A program made the translations under genes and the position numbers. The notes beneath the pieces are model-generated. The model saw only the letters and a list, made by a program, of their open reading frames with translations. It did no database searches and had not been told where the DNA came from. Below are positions 18,975-29,162 of a stretch of 64,000 bases of DNA, one piece after another. The DNA comes from Candidatus Micrarchaeota archaeon. GTDB taxonomy: Archaea; Micrarchaeota; Micrarchaeia; Norongarragalinales; Norongarragalinaceae. The stretch's first letter is position 1; each line of letters opens with the position of its first letter. The stretch is taken from the NCBI GenBank assembly GCA_016207165.1, contig JACQQD010000009.1, positions 64,001-128,000 of the forward strand. Direction: 5' to 3'.

Positions 18975-20528
18975 TCAATCGTCCTGGCCCACGAACAGCG
19001 GCGTGGTCGTCTGGCCTGGCAGGGTGTCGTCGTTCTGCAGGAACGTCCAGTACCCGCCGAAGTTGTAGACGCTTTGCTCGCAGCTGTTGTCCGGTGAGGC
19101 GCCGGATTCCTCAATGTTCGGAATCCAGCTGAACCCGTTCTGGCTGAAATACCACGAGCCCCAGTCGGTGGAGTAACTGAGGTACTGTTGAGGACTGACG
19201 ACCAACTCCAACGCGCGGTTTCCGCTGGCATCGTAGACGACCGGGTTGAAGGTTTGCCCAATGCACGTGTTCCCTTGGACGTAAATGTAGGACAGGCGGC
19301 AGTTTCCAGGAGAGTATTCTTCTTCGCAGTAATACTCTTCGGGGTACTCCCAGTAGTCCGACAGTTCCAACGTGGGCCCAACCAGGCTCCAGCCTTCGGC
19401 CAATGGTTTGCTGGGAGGCGAGGTCACGCCGCGGTCGATGACCAACCCGAGTTGGTTGCGGGCCGTGGAGTGGAAGTAGTATCCCTCCAACGGCTCCATG
19501 GATCCGTCGGTGACCAGTTGCCAGGCTTGGGATGCGCTGTCAAAGGATAGTACGGCGTCAACGCTTTCCGCCATGAAGACTTGGTCTTGTTCCAAGGCGA
19601 TGGGGCTGGAGCGCAGAGTCCAGCCCTGTTCCAATGGTACGGTCAAGTCCGTGATGGTGACGGTGAGGCTGGTTTCCGCTTGGTTTCCTTCGCGGTCCGC
19701 CACGGTGACGGGCAGTTCAAATTCGCCCAATGCGATTTTCTGGGACAAAAAGAAGCCCATGTCGTCGTAGCTGATGACTTCATAGTCAAGCAGGCCCGAG
19801 ATGTCCGTCAGCGGACAGTACCAGAATGAATATTGAGGGTCTCTGTCTCCGCCGTAGAACTCACGGATTTCGTAATTTGCTAAATAGCTCTGCCATTGCT
19901 CTTCATTGAAGCTTTCCACGTCCGATATGCGGGCGAACATGGCGTTCAGAACCGTGCTTAGGTTCAAGGTTACCGAGTTGATGCCTGATTCCTCGTCGAA
20001 AGTCTCAATGTTGATGTACGTGCACTTGGGGTCGTAAAAGTATGCGCCATCGGCTCCGTAGTCTTCCAAGTCCAAAAAGCTGTGATCCAGTTCAGCGCTT
20101 TCGATGGTGGGAGCCTCGTTGTCGACGAGGATGAATACGGAAGAGGCGGTTTCCACGGCTTCGCCGGGGCCCTCTATGGTTTCAAACGTTGAATTGACTT
20201 GAAGGACGACGTCAAAAAAGTTGCCGCTTTCAAAGGCGTTGGTGTCCCACGTGGCCAGGGTGCTTTCTTCAATTTGCTCGGTTCCGCCTCCAAGGCGTGT
20301 GCAGCCATCGAAGTTGTCCCGTTCCCCGGATGGGCACACGAACACGTCGAACAGGAAGCTGGTCAGGGGGTCTTCGCCGTTGTAAAGCGCGGAGCCTTGC
20401 ACGTTGACGGTGCCGCTGACGGTGTCCTCAGTTCCAGGAGACGTGATGCTGGCGAAGCTGGGCCCTTGAGCCGAAACGAAAACTGCGGCAAACAACAGTA
20501 GCGCAAATCCGAACGACAATGCCTTCAT
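18975..20528 (-). CDS. Acidic secreted Ig-like protein
   Basis: Signal peptide, VDNEAPTI motif, two L.xGW.L motifs, strongly Asp/Glu-rich. Confidence 0.78.
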   Translation of the reverse strand: MKALSFGFALLLFAAVFVSAQGPSFASITSPGTEDTVSGTVNVQGSALYNGEDPLTSFLFDVFVCPSGERDNFDGCTRLGGGTEQIEESTLATWDTNAFESGNFFDVVLQVNSTFETIEGPGEAVETASSVFILVDNEAPTIESAELDHSFLDLEDYGADGAYFYDPKCTYINIETFDEESGINSVTLNLSTVLNAMFARISDVESFNEEQWQSYLANYEIREFYGGDRDPQYSFWYCPLTDISGLLDYEVISYDDMGFFLSQKIALGEFELPVTVADREGNQAETSLTVTITDLTVPLEQGWTLRSSPIALEQDQVFMAESVDAVLSFDSASQAWQLVTDGSMEPLEGYYFHSTARNQLGLVIDRGVTSPPSKPLAEGWSLVGPTLELSDYWEYPEEYYCEEEYSPGNCRLSYIYVQGNTCIGQTFNPVVYDASGNRALELVVSPQQYLSYSTDWGSWYFSQNGFSWIPNIEESGASPDNSCEQSVYNFGGYWTFLQNDDTLPGQTTTPLFVGQDD

Positions 20529-20695
20529 GAACACTCCCCCACCCGCCGTATTGAGACGAAGTCTTTAAACGGCGTAAGCCAATGCACGACCCGTCAGCTA
20601 TATCTGTTTCTATATAAACACTATAGTTATTTTTTTAACAAATGGGACTGCGGTGTGTGTGAAACAAAAGCCACTGGTTTCCATCGGCAACTCGG

Positions 20696-21859
20696 TTACC
20701 GCTGGATTTGAACGGATGCTTGGGCTGTGTTTTTGAGTGCCGAGGGCTTGACCGCCCGTACGGTCACGCGTTTGGCTCCGAGTTTTTTGACGGCGTCGGC
20801 GACCGCTTCGCCCAGAGATTCCAGGAGGTTGAAGTGTCGGCTTTCCGCGGCGTTTTTCGCGGCTGAAACGATGGCGCGGTAGTCCAACGTTTTTTTCAAG
20901 TCGTCGGTCTTCACGGCTTTTTTGAGGTCCAAGAACGCGTGCACGTCTACGACGACGTCTTGGACCGATTTTTTTTCCCACGCGAGCACTCCGACGTGGG
21001 CTTTAACCCGCAGGTTTTCCACGCGGATGCCGTCCTCAGGTGAATCCGCTTGGATGGCCCACGCCACGTCCACGGCTTTTTGGCAGGCCGCCACGTCGTG
21101 AACGCGCAACACGTTCGCCCCGTTCAAGACGCATGCCGTGACCGCGGCCAGCGTGCCTTCCAGGCGGTTGGACGCCTTTTCTCCCGTGATTTTGCCGATG
21201 AAGCTTTTGCGGGACACGCCGATGCACACGGGGTAACCGAATTGAAATTGCTTCAAGTTGGCAAGCAATTCCAGGTTGTGCTCCAAGGTTTTCCCAAACC
21301 CGATGCCGGGGTCAATCAGGATGCTTTGGATGCCGTTTTTTTTGGCTTGGCGGGCTTGCATCAATAGAAATGCCTTGACTTCTTCCACCACGTCTTGGTA
21401 TTTCGGGTTTTCCTGCATGGTCTGCGGCGTGCCTTGCATGTGCATGATGACGGCCCCGGCTTTCGCGTCCGATACCGCGTCCATCATTTCCGGGTTCGTC
21501 AGTCCCGTGACGTCGTTCACCATGTGCGCCCCGGCGTGCAAGGCGGCTTTTGCGACGTCGGGCTTGTACGTGTCCACGGAAATCATGGCTTGTGTTTCTT
21601 GGGCGAGTCGTTCAATCACGGGTAGGATGCGTTTTTTCTCTTCGGCCATGGAGACGGCTTTCGCGCCGGGCCGGGTGCTTTCGCCGCCGACGTCGATGAT
21701 GGCGGCGCCTTCCTGGATCATTTGTTTGGCGTGCTTTACGGCCGCTTCAAGGTCCTTGAATTTGCCGCCGTCGGAAAAACTGTCGGGCGTGACGTTCAAA
21801 ATCCCCATGAGCTTCGGGCGGGAGAGGTCAAGCACTTTGTTTTTGGCGTGAAATTTCAT
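20696..21859 (-). CDS. folP: Dihydropteroate synthase fused to a C-terminal dihydroneopterin aldolase (FolP-FolB)
   Basis: LNVTPDSFSDGG, GGESTRPG, DPGIGFGK, SRK, RVHDV; tail with HVGV..WEK, TLDY, LLESL and AVKP as in FolB. Confidence 0.95.
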   Translation of the reverse strand: MKFHAKNKVLDLSRPKLMGILNVTPDSFSDGGKFKDLEAAVKHAKQMIQEGAAIIDVGGESTRPGAKAVSMAEEKKRILPVIERLAQETQAMISVDTYKPDVAKAALHAGAHMVNDVTGLTNPEMMDAVSDAKAGAVIMHMQGTPQTMQENPKYQDVVEEVKAFLLMQARQAKKNGIQSILIDPGIGFGKTLEHNLELLANLKQFQFGYPVCIGVSRKSFIGKITGEKASNRLEGTLAAVTACVLNGANVLRVHDVAACQKAVDVAWAIQADSPEDGIRVENLRVKAHVGVLAWEKKSVQDVVVDVHAFLDLKKAVKTDDLKKTLDYRAIVSAAKNAAESRHFNLLESLGEAVADAVKKLGAKRVTVRAVKPSALKNTAQASVQIQR

Positions 21860-22637
21860 TTTGAACGAACTCCTGGAATGCGTGTTGAAGCGTTTGCGTG
21901 GTTTTCCCTGCCCTGATTTTTTTCCCGTCTACTTTGGTTAGGGAAACGACTTGTTTGAGGGTGGAGGTGAGAAACGCTTCATCGGCTCCAAAGAGTTGTT
22001 CTTTGGATAGGGATTCTTGGCGGACGTCGAACCCGTTTTGTTTGGCCAATTCGATGACGGCGTGGCGCGTGATGCCTTCCAGAACGCCGTCTTTCGGCGT
22101 GGTGATCGTGTTGCCGTGGATGCAAAAGAGGTTGCTGGTGGTTCCTTCCAACACGTTTCCTTTTTGGGTGAAGATGGCTTCGTCGCATCCCGCTTTTTTG
22201 GCTTGCTTTCTCGCCAGCACTGACGTGAGGCAGTTGAGGGTCTTGGCTTTGGCGACATCGCGGTGGAACGGCACGGTCACCGCGGAAAACGTTTTCGGGA
22301 TTTGGCCGAGGGGTTTGGCCATCACGATGAGGCTTGGCGTTGCCGTTCCCCAGTCGCTTTGGCTTCCGGCGGTCAAGACCACGCGGAGGGCGGCTTGACT
22401 GAGGCGGTTGGCTTGAATGGTTTTTTGAATGGCGTTTTGGAGGTCTTTTTTTTCGGGTGCCGGCAACTGGATTTCGCGGGCGGACTGTTGTAAGCGTTCG
22501 ATGTGCTCGTCCATCTTGAAGGCGGTGCCTTGGTAGACGCGGAGGGTCTCGTACACGCCGTACCCGTACAAAAGGCCTTCGTCAAATACGTTGATGTGAG
22601 CGTCTTGAACCATCTGCCCACTGACGAAAACCAGCAT
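21828..22637 (-). CDS. pabC: Class IV aminotransferase, likely 4-amino-4-deoxychorismate lyase
   Basis: LLYGYGVYETLR, EGTTSNLF, LEGITR; lies between pabB and folP. Confidence 0.75.
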   Translation of the reverse strand: MLVFVSGQMVQDAHINVFDEGLLYGYGVYETLRVYQGTAFKMDEHIERLQQSAREIQLPAPEKKDLQNAIQKTIQANRLSQAALRVVLTAGSQSDWGTATPSLIVMAKPLGQIPKTFSAVTVPFHRDVAKAKTLNCLTSVLARKQAKKAGCDEAIFTQKGNVLEGTTSNLFCIHGNTITTPKDGVLEGITRHAVIELAKQNGFDVRQESLSKEQLFGADEAFLTSTLKQVVSLTKVDGKKIRAGKTTQTLQHAFQEFVQNEISRQKQSA

Positions 22638-22685
22638 GAATTGTTGGGTGGCGTGCCCGATTAAAAGCTGTTCTTGTCCGAGTCG

Positions 22686-22952
22686 TTAATTTTTTTGAAG
22701 TCTTTTAATGGCTTCAAAAACCTCTTTTTCAGCCATTCTGGCAATTTTGAAATACCCGGTTCCGTACGGTTCAAGCGGCGTATGTTCTACGTGGTAACCT
22801 TTTTCCATGAGGCTGGTCATGATGTTTTGCAAGTCAAATTGTTTGCCGCCGCGTATTTCCTCGTATTTGACGCAGTAGTACGGTCCCTCCACCCAAACGT
22901 GTCGTATGTTGGCATGCGGGCACAGCTTCCTTTCAAGTATTTTGTGCGGCAT
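22686..22952 (-). CDS. Hypothetical protein
   Basis: 88-aa ORF between pabB and pabC; more AT-rich than its neighbours. Confidence 0.55.
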   Translation of the reverse strand: MPHKILERKLCPHANIRHVWVEGPYYCVKYEEIRGGKQFDLQNIMTSLMEKGYHVEHTPLEPYGTGYFKIARMAEKEVFEAIKRLQKN

Positions 22953-22997
22953 TTGATCAGTCTACTTCACGATGACGGCGGACTTAACTCTTCTTTT

Positions 22998-24368
22998 CTA
23001 GCGCAGAGCCAGCTTCATGGCTTCCGCTTTGTCCAAGCTTTCTTGGTACTCTTTTTCCGGTACGGAGTCCGCCACGATGCCGCCCCCGGCGTGAAAATAC
23101 GCGGTTTGCTTTCCGTTTTCGTCTTTCTTAAAATACAGCGTGCGGATGAGGATGTTAAACGCCGCGTCGCCGTTCCAACCGATGAATCCCAATGAACCGG
23201 TGTAGGGCCCGCGGGCAACGGGTTCGACTTCCCTGAGGATTTGCATGGTTCTGACTTTGGGGCAGCCCGTGATGGTTCCTCCGGGAAACAAGGCGGAAAG
23301 CGCGTCAAAGGCGGTGGCGTCTTTTTTGAGGGTGCCTTGGATTTGGCTGACCAGATGCATGACGTGGGAATAGCGTTCCACGGTGAAGCCTTCTTGAACC
23401 AAAACGGTGCCGGTGAGGCTGATTTTTCCGACGTCGTTGCGTTCCAAGTCGACCAGCATGGCGTGTTCCGCGTTTTCTTTCGCGTTTTGTTTGAGTTCCA
23501 GTTCCAGTTGCTGGTCTTTGGCCTTGGTTTTGCCTCGTGGGCGAGTGCCGGCGATGGGTCGCGTAGTGACGGTTTGGCCGTTGATGGAGAACAAGAGTTC
23601 CGGGGACGCGGAGGCGATGGTCGTTTCTGGCGTGGTGAAGTAGGCGGCGTAGGGGGAGGGATTGATTTGGTTTAGTTTGATGAACACGTCGAATGGGTTC
23701 TTGGTGGTTTCCGCTTGGAAGCGTTGAGACAAATTGGCTTGAAAGGTTTCTCCGGTCTTGATTTTTTCTTTTATGGCGTTGACGGCGGCGAGGTATTGTT
23801 TTTGGGTGAAGTTGGACGCGATGTTTCCGGTTTTGCCTTTACGGGTTCTGGTTTTCGGTTTCCGGTTTTTTGGATTGATTTCTTGGAGTAGTTTCAGGCT
23901 TTTTTCTTGATCGCCGAATGAGAGCACTTTTTTTTTCTGGTGGTCAAAGGCCAGGCCGTGGTCGAAGAACAAAAAGTGCAGCCATGGCAGGTGGAGGTCG
24001 TCGGTTTTGGGTTTTGGGGCGTCTTCCAAATAATGCAGTGCCTCGTAGGACGGGTAGCCGACCATGCCGCCTTGGAAGGGCGGGCCGTGTTCGGACCACG
24101 TTTTGTTTTTGCGGTGGATTTCGTAGAGTTCTTTCAGGATTTCAAGGGGTTTTCTTGGGTCGGGTTTGCCGTTGACCCAACACGTGGCGCCGCGGGCCTT
24201 GAATTCGAGGAAGGGGTTGACGCAGAGGTACGACCAGCGGGCCGGGGGTTCAAGCGAACTTGACGGATGGGTCGTTACGTTCGTTTGTGGGGGGGAGTAA
24301 AGAAGGACGGCGTTTTCCGGGTTGAGGGCTGCAAACGCGTCCAGGGGGTTGAACCAAAAAGGGGGCAT
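22998..24368 (-). CDS. pabB: Aminodeoxychorismate synthase component I (chorismate-binding)
   Basis: NPSPYA, SASPE, PIAGT, EHAMLVDLERND, FPGGTITGCPK, NILIRT; folate-gene context. Start ATG 24368. Confidence 0.8.
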   Translation of the reverse strand: MPPFWFNPLDAFAALNPENAVLLYSPPQTNVTTHPSSSLEPPARWSYLCVNPFLEFKARGATCWVNGKPDPRKPLEILKELYEIHRKNKTWSEHGPPFQGGMVGYPSYEALHYLEDAPKPKTDDLHLPWLHFLFFDHGLAFDHQKKKVLSFGDQEKSLKLLQEINPKNRKPKTRTRKGKTGNIASNFTQKQYLAAVNAIKEKIKTGETFQANLSQRFQAETTKNPFDVFIKLNQINPSPYAAYFTTPETTIASASPELLFSINGQTVTTRPIAGTRPRGKTKAKDQQLELELKQNAKENAEHAMLVDLERNDVGKISLTGTVLVQEGFTVERYSHVMHLVSQIQGTLKKDATAFDALSALFPGGTITGCPKVRTMQILREVEPVARGPYTGSLGFIGWNGDAAFNILIRTLYFKKDENGKQTAYFHAGGGIVADSVPEKEYQESLDKAEAMKLALR

Positions 24369-24373
24369 TGCGT

Positions 24374-25957
24374 CTATCCGTATTTTTCCTTGACTTGCCT
24401 GATTTTCTCGTCGATTTTCTTCTCGGATTCGATGCGTTCCAAGCCGGTTTGGTTGCGGTGCACGAACTTCATGTATTTGGTCAGGCGGGGCTGGGCTTTG
24501 GCGGCTTCGTCGGCCATGGCTACCGCAACGCGTCGGTAGTCGGGGTGGCCTTGGGGCATGGAGCGTAGTTCCACGAGGTGGTAAAGCGCCCGCAGGTTCA
24601 ATGTGAAGTACCACTGGAGTCGAAACGCCATGGGCACGACGTACTGGGCCTGTCCGGGTTGGTCTTTGAATTCGTTGTACGCGTTTTGGGCCGAAAGCAG
24701 GGGGGCGGTGAATTGTTCTTTCAGGTCCGCGTCCACGATTTCAGGCGGCAGGTCAAAGCCGTGGTTGGTGGTCAAAAGCTGGCGGTGTTGGGTGAGCATG
24801 CGGTGCCTCTGCAAGTCGCGGTACGCGCCGTAGTTGGCTTGTATTGAAAATGTGTAGTTGGCGTGTTCAAAGGCTCGGCCGGGTTTGTGGCGGCGGTTCT
24901 GGCGGTGGGCGCAATACGCGTCAAGGACGTGCTGTTTTTGGTCGGGCGTCATTTTGGAAACGGTTTGCTTGAGCGTGGCCAAGTCGGCGTGGCTGGATTC
25001 GTATAATATGGCGGCCACGATTTTGTCTTCCGCCTTTTCGTCGTATTCCACTAGGATGACTTCCCTGTTTTGGGTGGAAGAAGGCGTGGCGATGGCTTGG
25101 AGTTGCGCCTGGGTTTGCTGGAAGAAGGCCTGCGTGGCTTTTCCGTGCTTGTCGTTGGCTCGCTTGACGAACGACGGAACTACTTTTTCGAGTTCGGCGT
25201 GCATGGCGGCGGCCGTGTCGCGGGCTTCCTGGAGCGGGGAGGCATACATTTTCAAGAGCAGGTATTCAAAGGCGCGTCCGTTGCCGAAAAGCCCCACGTT
25301 GGTTTGCGTGGCCGCCGGCAGCAAGCCCCGGAGGATGTCGCAGACTTTGGCGCGGGTAGCGCTTTGGTAGGCGCGGTCAGAGGAATCGGTTTGAGGGAAT
25401 TTTTCCTGGACGTATTTGGTGACGGGGTCCATCAAGGTGGTGTACGCGTCAAAGAGTGCGTCGCAGGTTTTCTCGTAGAGCGCGGAGTCGGTTTCCATCA
25501 GCAGCGGTTCGCGGTAGTAGGCGTATTTCCCGTTTTTTTTCTGGTTGAAGTAGACGTACCGCGTGCTTTTCTCTAAGGGGCTCAACCCGATTCGTCCGTC
25601 TTCCAGGATTTTGGTGACCACGTTGGACGTATTCTCGATGGCGATGTGGGCTCCGCCGAGTTCCGCCACCGAATCGTCGCCGAATCCGACCAGGACGCGG
25701 TCGTAGAATTGTTCGGCTTTTTGGATGGCCACCGTCTCGTCTTTTGTTGGCGCGGAAACGATTTGGTCAAATGCCATGTCTTGGTCCTGGATGAATTCGT
25801 CCAAGAGCACGCGGCGCAGGCTCTTGGTGGTGCGGCTGTACCTGGAAAACAAGGCGCCTTTGACGACTTCCGGGAGGTTGCGCAGGGCGAAGACGTCTTG
25901 GTCTAAGTTGGTAAAATAGGGCTTGAGGATGGCTTGCTCTTTGTCGTTGAACTCCAT
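24374..25957 (-). CDS. thyX: FAD-dependent thymidylate synthase (long two-domain form)
   Basis: FGDDSVAE, LEKSTRY, DLQRHR, ELRS..QGH..YR. Confidence 0.9.
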   Translation of the reverse strand: MEFNDKEQAILKPYFTNLDQDVFALRNLPEVVKGALFSRYSRTTKSLRRVLLDEFIQDQDMAFDQIVSAPTKDETVAIQKAEQFYDRVLVGFGDDSVAELGGAHIAIENTSNVVTKILEDGRIGLSPLEKSTRYVYFNQKKNGKYAYYREPLLMETDSALYEKTCDALFDAYTTLMDPVTKYVQEKFPQTDSSDRAYQSATRAKVCDILRGLLPAATQTNVGLFGNGRAFEYLLLKMYASPLQEARDTAAAMHAELEKVVPSFVKRANDKHGKATQAFFQQTQAQLQAIATPSSTQNREVILVEYDEKAEDKIVAAILYESSHADLATLKQTVSKMTPDQKQHVLDAYCAHRQNRRHKPGRAFEHANYTFSIQANYGAYRDLQRHRMLTQHRQLLTTNHGFDLPPEIVDADLKEQFTAPLLSAQNAYNEFKDQPGQAQYVVPMAFRLQWYFTLNLRALYHLVELRSMPQGHPDYRRVAVAMADEAAKAQPRLTKYMKFVHRNQTGLERIESEKKIDEKIRQVKEKYG

Positions 25958-25996
25958 GAGCAAAGTTTGTTAAGCGGCCGGTCAAACTTTAATCTT

Positions 25997-27214
25997 ATGC
26001 ATGTCCGCGAAGCGCGCCGGTGGCTGGAGGACTTGGCGCAGCCGGATTCGTGGCATTTGTCGCGCATGGAGCACTTGGTCAAGGACTCGGGCTTGGATTT
26101 GAATCGCTTTGAGTCCGTGTCCGTGGCCGGCACCAACGGCAAGGGCTCCACGTCGGCGTTCATTGCTTTCATTTGCAGGGCCGCAGGGCTGAAAACGGGT
26201 TGGTACACGTCCCCTCATTTGTTGGATGTGCGGGAACGCATTTGGGTGGACGGCCGGTTCATTTCCGAGAAGGAGTTCGCGGCCGTGGCGTCTTGGGCCC
26301 AGCCGTTGGTGGAAAAGCACCACGCCAGTTACTTTGAGGCCCTCACGTTGATGGCGTTCAAGCATTTCTTGGATCAAGGCGTGAAAATCGCCGTGCTGGA
26401 GGCGGGTTTGGGCGGCCGCTTGGATGCCACGGCGGTGGCCAAAGCCCAAACCAGCGTGGTGACGAACATCGCGTTGGAGCACAAGCTGCGTTTGGGCAAC
26501 AGTTTGACGAAGATCGCGTATGAAAAAGCCGGCATCATCCAGCCAAATGCCGTGGTTTTTACCGCCGCAAAGGGCGAGGCTTTTGACGTACTTGGAAAGG
26601 CCGCCGCGGAAAAAAAGGCGACGCTTTCCAAGGTGCCGCCGTTGCCGGTGGTGCAATCCACGCCGCTCGGCGTGCGGCTTGGGGCCAAAACGGTTCATTT
26701 GGGTTTGGATGGGTTGTTCCAAGCTGAGAATGCGGCGTTGGCCGTCGCCGTAGCCGGGGCGCTTAAGCGAAAAGGCTTCAGCATTTCCGTTGAGGCCGTG
26801 GCGTCGGGTCTAACATACGCGGTGATTCCCGGAAGGATGCAACGCATTGGCCGGTTCGTGGTGGATGGCGCGCACAACCCCGCGGCCATGGATGCGTTGG
26901 TTTCTTCCTTGCTTTCGCTGTATCCCGGAAAGCGTTGGCACGTCGTGTTCGGGGTTTTGGACGACAAGGATTACCCGGAGATGGTCCAGACGCTCTGCCG
27001 CCTGCCGTTGGACTCCGTCATGGTCGTCACTCCGAATTCGCCGCGGGGCTTGGATGCCGACACTCTTCTACCGTTTTTTTCCGAGCGCAAGGTTGACGCA
27101 GGCTTGGGTTCCGTGGACGCGTTGCCGGGGTTGTCCGGCGACGTGCTGGTGTGCGGTTCCTTGGTGTTGGCTGGCGAGGCCCTGGAAAAACTTGGAAAGC
27201 GCGTGGTGGCTTAG
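25997..27214 (+). CDS. folC: Folylpolyglutamate/dihydrofolate synthase
   Basis: VAGTNGKGST, YTSPHL, EAGLGGRLDAT, PGR, DGAHNP. Divergent from thyX. Confidence 0.95.
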   Translation: MHVREARRWLEDLAQPDSWHLSRMEHLVKDSGLDLNRFESVSVAGTNGKGSTSAFIAFICRAAGLKTGWYTSPHLLDVRERIWVDGRFISEKEFAAVASWAQPLVEKHHASYFEALTLMAFKHFLDQGVKIAVLEAGLGGRLDATAVAKAQTSVVTNIALEHKLRLGNSLTKIAYEKAGIIQPNAVVFTAAKGEAFDVLGKAAAEKKATLSKVPPLPVVQSTPLGVRLGAKTVHLGLDGLFQAENAALAVAVAGALKRKGFSISVEAVASGLTYAVIPGRMQRIGRFVVDGAHNPAAMDALVSSLLSLYPGKRWHVVFGVLDDKDYPEMVQTLCRLPLDSVMVVTPNSPRGLDADTLLPFFSERKVDAGLGSVDALPGLSGDVLVCGSLVLAGEALEKLGKRVVA

Positions 27215-29076
27215 CGTTTCTTGCGCGGGGTTTTGCCGCCGTATTTTTGGTTGAGTTTTTCGTAGGTTTTCTCGCTGATTTTTCCTTCTAAAAGGCGTTG
27301 TTCCAACAAATCGATGCGCTGTGTCTTGCTTAATGGTTGGGGTTTCTGGGTGTAGGCGACCAGAAAGCCGACTAGAACCACCAGGACGATGACGAGTACC
27401 GCGCCTAGGAACGCGTTGGGCGTGAAGCCGGCGTTCTGAACCGTGATTTGAACCGATCCGTCGGGGGCGCTGGTTGGAAGGTCTTGGGGCGCGGAGTCGT
27501 TCTCGCGGACGTGCAATTGGTTGAGGTTGGTTTGCAGTTCTTCGGCAAGTACCTTGAGTTTGATGGCGTTGACGACGTGGGTGACGTCGTCGAGGCGTTC
27601 GGCTTCCTGGACGCTGTACAGGGCGTGGGCGTAATAGAGTTGGCCCCAGGCGGTTTCCTGGAATTGGCTCAGGTCGTCGCGTTTCGGCAAAAGAGGGTTC
27701 AGCGGCAGTTCTCCGCGGGTGGCAATGAGGCCGCGGGCTTTGGAGAACGCGATGGCAAAGGAGGCGTCAAAGGAGGCCGTCAAGTAGTCGCCTTGATCCA
27801 AGGCGATTTGCGCGGTGTCCAAGTGGAAGATGGATTCGGAGTCCAAGGGGTTTTGGCTGACGGTCTGGTTGGCTTGCGCGACCCGCGTTTCCGCGTAGGT
27901 TTTCCAGGCGTTGGGGTTCACGGCGCTGCCTCCAAGTTCCGTGGCGGCTTGGTTCATTTCCTTTGCGGCGTCAAACCAGTTCTGCGCGGCGGCTAAGTCT
28001 TCGGTTAGCGACAACGCGTTTTCCGCCAGCGCCGAGCGCTCGCGGATGTCCTGCACGCGTTGTTGTGCCCAGTACCAGCGAAGCCGGGCGCCGGCGAGCC
28101 ACTCCAGGTTCTGGTTGGTGGGCGCGGCAAACCGGTACGCGTTCATCTGGTTTTCCAGTTGGTCCACGCGGGCCAAAAGGTCTTGTTTGGATAGGTTAGA
28201 CAAGCCGAAGGCTTGTGCCTGGATGTTGGTGATGAAGGCTTCGTTGGCGGCGGAGTAGTAGTATCCGTTGGAAATCAGGGTGTTGGACGTGTTGAGGCCT
28301 TGGCGGAGCACGTGGGCGATGATGGTGTCGGGTTGCACGGCTTGGAGGTTGGCCTGCATTTTCCGGACTTGGTCTTCGGCCAGCGCCTTGAGCGTGTCCA
28401 CTTCGCTTGTTTGCGCGTCCGCCACCGAGTAGAGGTTCAGGGGAGGCTCGAGGCGGGGGGTGACGTTGATGCGTTCTCCGTTGGGGGTGAAGGTGTACTC
28501 GATGGATTCCTCGAAGCTCTTGGATTCCACGACTTGCATGCTCCACTGGTTTTCCGCGTATTGGGCGAGGTCCACGCCGTTTTGAATGCTTTGCCCCAAT
28601 GGAATCAAGACCAGCTTGATGCCGGTTTTCTGGGAGGCTTGGACTTTCTCTAGGATGCCTCCGACTTGTCCGATGGCGCCCGTGGATTCAATGGTTCCCG
28701 TAGCCGTCATGTCGGTGCGTGGTTTTTTTCCGGTGAATTCCGCGTAGGCCAAGAGGGCGAGGGCGTGGCCTCCGGAGGGGCCGTCGACGACTTCCGTGTT
28801 GGCGATGATTTTGAAGAACACGTCGTATTTTTTGAGGTCGACTCCGGCTTTTTGGGCGGCTTGTTGTGCCGCGACTTTCGCCGAGTTCTGGGTTTCCACG
28901 GAGATGAAGGGTTCCACGTCGACAAAAACGCCGCCGGAACCGGGTTGGACGCGGGCTTCAATGGTGGTCACGATGCCTTGGCCGTCGGTGGTCACCGCGG
29001 GCACGGCCATGCTGGTCAGGCCTGACGCCAGCGTGGACAGCACCAGGAGCAATGCCGCAAGAAAACGGTAGTTCAT
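27211..29076 (-). CDS. Secreted/membrane S16 (Lon-like C-domain) serine protease
   Basis: Signal peptide, VDGPSGG (Ser) and VGGILEK (Lys) dyad, C-terminal TM and SHOCT-like tail. Confidence 0.88.
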   Translation of the reverse strand: MNYRFLAALLLVLSTLASGLTSMAVPAVTTDGQGIVTTIEARVQPGSGGVFVDVEPFISVETQNSAKVAAQQAAQKAGVDLKKYDVFFKIIANTEVVDGPSGGHALALLAYAEFTGKKPRTDMTATGTIESTGAIGQVGGILEKVQASQKTGIKLVLIPLGQSIQNGVDLAQYAENQWSMQVVESKSFEESIEYTFTPNGERINVTPRLEPPLNLYSVADAQTSEVDTLKALAEDQVRKMQANLQAVQPDTIIAHVLRQGLNTSNTLISNGYYYSAANEAFITNIQAQAFGLSNLSKQDLLARVDQLENQMNAYRFAAPTNQNLEWLAGARLRWYWAQQRVQDIRERSALAENALSLTEDLAAAQNWFDAAKEMNQAATELGGSAVNPNAWKTYAETRVAQANQTVSQNPLDSESIFHLDTAQIALDQGDYLTASFDASFAIAFSKARGLIATRGELPLNPLLPKRDDLSQFQETAWGQLYYAHALYSVQEAERLDDVTHVVNAIKLKVLAEELQTNLNQLHVRENDSAPQDLPTSAPDGSVQITVQNAGFTPNAFLGAVLVIVLVVLVGFLVAYTQKPQPLSKTQRIDLLEQRLLEGKISEKTYEKLNQKYGGKTPRKKR

Positions 29077-29162
29077 TGGAACTTCACGTAACGCAGGGCC
29101 TCCTCAAAAACGTTGCGCTGAACCTCGTATGCATGGAGCATGCTTTGTTTCAGGGGGCCGGT

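Noticed and set aside
22998-24614. Long N-terminal extensions in the ORF track (pabB, purD, folC, nadD, glnA, the 5430 ORF)
   Set aside because: They overlap neighbouring genes or promoters; downstream ATGs match the family starts.
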